64,000 bases of DNA from NCBI GenBank assembly GCA_950097015.1, contig CATNEN010000001.1, positions 13,640,001-13,704,000 on the forward strand, read 5' to 3'. How positions within the stretch are numbered: the first letter of the stretch is position 1; each line of letters begins with the position of its first letter. The position numbers and the translations under genes are program-made. The stretch comes from Macrostomum hystrix (taxonomy: Eukaryota > Animalia > Platyhelminthes). Shown in pieces: positions 58,452 through 64,000 of this stretch. Below the pieces are notes generated by a model. The model made no database searches. It was not told the DNA's origin and saw nothing but the letters and a program-made list of their open reading frames with translations.

Positions 58452-60779
58452 TATACAGCTATGCTGAAGTACAAGCAGGTACGCGAATATAAAGCCGAAT
58501 ATTGCAATTTTTAACTAACCCGACTGTGGAACGATTCCCTGAATTTCACGGACGTGCTGATCGATTAGCTTCTCTTTTTTCGAAATTAGTTTTTCCCTGG
58601 ATTTCAGCCATGAATCTGAAAAGTAAAGGCAAGAACCAGTAATTACAAAAGGCAACTTTTTATCAACGCCAGTAATGAATGGGTTTTCAGTTTCAGTGAT
58701 TTCACAGGGAGCCAAGTAAGTCATATCCAATCACACCACCAAGAGACAATTATCTCAGCAAATAATTATATCAGTTAACATTTTCAGGTATTATATAGTG
58801 CACAAGAGATGTGACCTATTAAATAGAATGCTAACCAGGATCCAGACGCAGGTGGTACATTCCGATGATATGCGCGATGAGCCTGGTGCGCCTATCAATG
58901 CGGATCTCCTTCAGTATGCGCCCGTACGGAGTTCGCAGATTTCTCCGTCAGTGATACCGGTACCAGGCGTAACGCGGATAGAGTTGTTAAGCTGGATCAA
59001 AATAAATTATAAGAAAATCGGTGTCAGGCTACTAGTCTTACTTAAGTGAACCAGCTGCAGCAACACAATAAATTTTCCCAGTTTAACTTACTCGGCACTT
59101 AGACTCGTGACCATAAGCGTGAAAAACCGGCACGGCCAGCTTGGCTTGCACTTTGCCTCCAAGTTTGCAGGCGACGTCATAGATAAAAGTCACAGACTCC
59201 TCTGGGACGCCAAGGCGTTGCACCGCCGCTCGCAGTAGGGTCGTTGGATATATAAGACTGAATAAAGAAAAAGCAAGCTCAAGGTCGTATAAGCAATATC
59301 AAAACATAGTGTAATTTTCGACATAAGAGTACCTAATTATTTTGAATTTAAAACTTCAAAAATACTTAAAAAACGCACCGCTCTCCAGGAGTGCGCACGT
59401 CAGAGCAATCCCAAATAAATCCGTGACGACATGCAATAATAAAAAAGCCTTTGACGTCCAGCTTGGAGGATGTGCGACAGACATAAGATGTTTCTCCTGC
59501 AGTCCAGTTCGGGCAGGCGCCATGAGCAGGCGCAATGACTTGACCAGAAAGGTCAACACGCGCAAACGGGAACGGAATTTCTCCGTCTAGGGGCTCAACG
59601 CTAACGTCAGCACCTGCAGCAGATCTACGCCTCCATGCCATAAGAGCGTCACCGTGCAAGATAGGTCCCTGTTGAAAACAAGTTTATCGCATGAATTGTA
59701 CATTCACCTTCCTTACCCGATACATGTGTCTTCGTCTTGTCTTACCACTTCACTAGATCGGCAAAGCGTACACGCGGAAGGAAATCTTGCGACTTATAGA
59801 GCTAAAAAAGCTCTATACAAGCCGATGGTGTTGTTGCGCAGAAGATCATTGTACAAATCTCGCTGCGTTGTGTAGTTTAAGAGAAGTGTTATAAGGATTA
59901 TAAGAGTAAAAGACCAGAAAATATAGACAACTTAAAAAAAGACAAGTGTTTTATATCCTGCGTCACAAACTACCTATTTACACCTTATTTTCGTGTCTCA
60001 CAGTCAGCTTTAATAAATGATGGATAAAGGAAAAATAAGAAACTCACCCCGAGGCGCTGCGCAAAACAAATTCTTCTATTTCCAACGACGGCACAAGCCT
60101 TTGACAGCGATGTGATTCCATTGACCATGACGGAATCCAACGTATTTAATAGTTCGAACGACACGAAGGTCAAGGTGCTGTCGGAAGTTGGAAAATAGTT
60201 TAGGGCAACCATGAATGCTGAGTATCGCATGCGTCGATCACAGTCGAATGGAAACCTGCAAAAGGAGAAGCAGAAGAAAATAAAACATCTAAGTACATCA
60301 CTAAATTGTTTAATGTTCAATAGTAAGCCCACGTGCTTATGAGCTGAGCGTATAAAATGATACAAATACTCAGAATCCATGAAAAAAAACATATATCAAA
60401 TGAGCACCCCAGCGCCAAAATCAAGTTACCCATATTTAACAAGGAAATCTAATTATTAACAGCCTAGGAATAGAGACAGAATGAATATATCGTGTAATAA
60501 CGAACGAGACTTTCCTCCATAAGCATCCAAAAGTTGCACTTTTAAGGATGAGCCTGGATAGCAGCCACACTTGAACTTGAGAGGCAGGTCGAGAAGCTCA
60601 CCATTCTAAAAAGCGGAGTTGGGATTGGATGAGTTGAGACAGTGATTTGTGGGCGTGGATTGATGGGACGGAAGCAATAGGATTGGGGAATATAGAGAAA
60701 TAGAAGGGATAAATAAGGGTGGATGGAAGTAATTCAGAGATTAGCCACAACGTATTTAACACATTTAACGTTGTGGCTA

Positions 60780-61140
60780 ATAGGATGGGAGGGAATTCGG
60801 GGGGGGTAGGATGGGAGGGAATTGGGGGCAGGATGGGAGGGAATTGGGGGCAGGATGGGAGAGAATTGGGGGGCCAGGATAGGAGGAAATTGGGGGGTAG
60901 GATGGGAGGGAATGGAAGGGTAGAATGGGAGGGAATGGAAGGGTAGAATGGGAGGGAATGGAGGGGTAAAATGGGAGGGAATGGAGGGGTAGAATGGGAG
61001 GGAATGGAGGGGCAGAATGGAAGGCAATGGAGGGGTAGAATAGGAAAGACTGCAGGGGTAGAATAGAAGGGAATGGAGGGGTAAAATAGGAGGGAATTTA
61101 GGGGCTGAGAGGGAATTGGGGAGAGGCAAGATGGGAAGTA
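60780..61140. repeat. Purine-rich minisatellite (GGGGTAGAATGGGAGGGAATGGA-like units)
   Basis: Tandem ~22-23-bp G-run units with G-quadruplex potential on the + strand. Confidence 0.9.
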
Positions 61141-61719
61141 ATTGAGAAGCATGATAGAAAGGAATTAAGAGAGAGAGAAATTGAAAATATAATGATTGAC
61201 AGAACAGACATAGGAAGAGGATAGGCAGACTACAGTAGATAGACTAAAAGCAATATGAGTATATAAGTCATATGACAATAAATATAAAGTAAATACACAA
61301 CTGAACTAATATCATACATGCGCAACCTCTCAAATCTTAGCCAGCTGTGCGACTTAGTTTTTGCTCTCATTTTCAACTTAGTTCGTTTCATTGCTCTATT
61401 TACGACTTAGTTTGCTCTCATTTGCTCTCTTTTTCTCTCCCCTTTTTCCTTTTCTTCACACCTTCCTTTTTTTTCTCTTGGTCCCCCCTTTGATTTTTTG
61501 CACTTGGTTGATTGGTTTTTGCGACTTACCTTGCTTGGCCCTTGTTTCACCCGGCCGGTTCGGCCGGGTCAGCCAGGTGTTGCACATGTATGACTAATAT
61601 TAATTCATTAATTCATTAGGAAGGTTAGCCTATTGGCTTCTTTTTGTATTTTGTAAATGTTTATTTTTTAAGGCAGACTATACTGTATACATCCTTTTGA
61701 AAGTATATGAAATAACTTT

Positions 61720-62550
61720 ATGATGCATAAAAACATCGGCATTGAAGGGAAGGAAGCGCAGAACAGCGCGAAGGGACCCTGCCCTGCTTTATCTCTGATG
61801 CTGAGCCGTAAGGATCCTACTCTATCAGGCGATTTGAGAGATTCTCTTCTAGAGCAGGATGCATGGATAGCAGTGGGAGTAAGTTGCATGCATTTGATAT
61901 TGTGGAAGTTTTTTGCTGCTGCACTACTTTCTCCCCATCTAATTAGTATACGATATATAGGTATTTGCTACTCCTACTTTCGTCCTTATATTTCGCCATT
62001 AGTGATAATTATAGTACAATGCAAAATACAAGTGCAGTCCAGTGCTGTGCAAATCCTAAATGTTCTATTGCTTAAAATTGCCTTTGTTCCTGACAATGCA
62101 AAAATATATTTTAAATGTGAACTTAAATCACTTCGCATGTTGTTAACGCTTACATCGCGATTCTGGCGTGTGAGCTCTCGACTTCAAGACCTATTATACC
62201 ACTGCTCAACTACGAAGTCGATTCTCTGATAAGCGCACGCGGTCTCCACCACACTCTTAAAAAGAAGCTGATGCAGGTAAAATAGTCATGTAAGCATGTT
62301 GGAACGCTTTGCTATCCATGTTAGCTATTTTTGGAAATTGAAATTGTAGTATTTTAAATTAGAAAGATTAGTAGAAAGATTAAAAATCGCACGCTTCTCT
62401 CTCGTTAGAATATTGACCTTCATTATTCATAATGCTTTATGCTGCTCATAAGATTGTTTCTTACGCTTACATTTTACCTTTTACAGCGCAAGAAGTCGCG
62501 AGGCGACACTGATGCGACACTTTAAAGTATTTTGCCAGTGGATGTTACTA
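61720..62550 (+). pseudogene. Possible Ulp1/SENP (C48) protease-like gene fragments
   Basis: Exon-like pieces DSLLEQDAWIAVG|gtaagt and HVVNAYIAILACE..PIIPLLNYEVDSL resemble the start of the C48 catalytic domain (L..WL.D.vINaY..lL); catalytic H/D/C not confirmed. Confidence 0.35.
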
Positions 62551-62754
62551 AGTTATTAACAATATACATGTACATATAAAATTTCAAACTCAATGACAAC
62601 TGTTGCATGAAGGCTACTTTTGCCCAACTTGCTCAATTTAATCTTTTTCTTTTCAACCTCTCCGCATTGTGTCTGCATTTTCGCGGTTTGCGAACTTTGT
62701 CAATTCGCATTTTTCTTTACCTTCCATTTATTCAGTACTTTGAATTAAGCCCGA

Positions 62755-63895
62755 TGTAGTGTCAGCTTGTTTGCCCGTGTTATTATTCAGTACTTATTTT
62801 TAGACACGTGTATTTTGTTAGGAGTTCACCCACGCCAAGCCGGGCCGGACCAGCTGGGGGAAAGGACGCCCACCACCCCGCGAGCGCTACCCCTGGGCTA
62901 TGGTCCCAGCCAATCAGCGAGCGACCCGGCCTCACTACCTGTCTACCCTCGGCAAGAAGCGACCCCGGGGCTCAGAATGGCGGTCGCAAGTCTACTGCGA
63001 TTTGTCGCCTTGGCTCAAGCTACAGCCAGGCATCCACCTCGCCGATCGACCTAATTTGGGGTTAAAATGACTCTATATAACGAAGCGTGTTTTTGTAGTT
63101 CAAATTATCTTTTCTTCGCAATTCGCCTCACACTGTGAGAAGCACGTGCAAATTATCGTTCTCTGCAATTCGCCTCACACTGTGAGAAGCACGTGCAACT
63201 TGTCCACTTGTTTTGTCCCTCCCCGCCCGACCACACTCCGCTTGTTCAGTTAGGTAGCTTTCGGAGCTACGCGTCTTGAGAGTGCGCCGCTGACAAGGAT
63301 GGTCTAGATAGGCGCTTGTTGTCGAAGTCAGTACGTGCTCTCTTCGGAGACTCCGCCGTCAGGCAGAAGGAGTGCCAACCGATAGGATCTGTCGGGGCAG
63401 CGCTGAAAGCAGAGACAACCGGAGCCTCTCGGGAAGAGTAGGGCGCGGATGTAGGCCAGTTAAGTAAAAATTGTTATATCCAAATTGTTAGACCAGACTT
63501 GCTTCTCACTGTGAGCGCGCTATAATTTATTTCCGTGTGAACATCTATTCTGTCAGTATAACTTTTAAGTCAAGTAAACTATATTCAAAGTAATTCCTAT
63601 TCGTATCTGGAATCTTAGTCACAGCCGATTAACTCACTCCTAATCAATTTATTCGAGTCTTCGCGTTCATACTGTGTTATTCTTTTTCATTGGGAGTTTC
63701 GCCGGGCCGGAGGGACACTCTGGTCTCATCGCTTATCTATTCCGCTTCGCTCACTACCGCAGTCTCTAACGCTAGTTAATTCCAGATTTCCCTGCTGCTA
63801 TTGAAACGATTGGTAGGACACCGACCCTGGTGAATAGTGAATAGTCGCTAGCTTTAAATACCTCCCGCTCCAGCTAGGACATTCATTTTATTACA
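62755..63895. mobile_element. Solo LTR (~1.14 kb)
   Basis: TGTAGT..ATTACA ends flanked by 4-bp TSD CCGA (62751-62754, 63896-63899); GC-richer than flanks; internal 34-bp direct repeat at ~63118 and ~63166. Confidence 0.7.
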
Positions 63896-64000
63896 CCGAC
63901 TAAAATATTTATTAAAAACAATCTGCATTTTCTAGGCAAACGTCTGTATTCTTATTTTTTTACTGCATTTGATGATAATATAAACTGTTTGATTTTGCAA

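Larger units (their letters stand above)
54190..60600 (-). pseudogene. KDZ-family (Kyakuja/Dileera/Zisupton-class) transposase, multi-exon, interrupted by a P element
   Basis: Minus-strand exons encode a CxC-like region (VALNYFPTS..VSFELL, ~60050-60255), LDVKGFFIIACRHG..D..PGE (~59380-59460), FIYDVACKL..LAVPVFHAYGHESKC (~59095-59190) and PGTGITDGEICE (~58930-58968); further exons continue left of the P element. Confidence 0.72.

Overview
Eukaryotic (animal-type, GT-AG introns) window made almost entirely of nested transposable elements; no ordinary host gene, rRNA or true tRNA is evident. From left to right: (1) a hAT-type terminus. (2) A decayed I/Jockey-group LINE whose ORF1 carries an ALKBH2/3-like 2OG-Fe(II) dioxygenase domain ahead of three zinc knuckles, split from its APE ORF2 by a mariner with an open transposase ORF. 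(3) A rearranged, non-autonomous Maverick/Polinton (8243-32030; AGTAGT termini, 6-bp TSD GAGGTT; integrase, minor-capsid-like and PC4-like genes). It contains an RNase H-bearing LINE (12-bp TSD), which contains a complete, young Gypsy element (identical 662-bp LTRs, tRNA-Gln PBS) with a cold-shock-like domain between the Gag zinc knuckle and the protease. (4) An HDV-like ribozyme heading a decayed R2-superfamily element. (5) tRNA-derived SINEs. (6) Two P-element/THAP transposases, one with 31-bp TIRs and an 8-bp TSD. (7) A spliced KDZ-type transposase flanked by an HMG-like gene and a possible Ulp1-like gene. (8) A solo LTR. All protein calls come from motif recognition by eye; no database search was run, so novelty claims are unverified.
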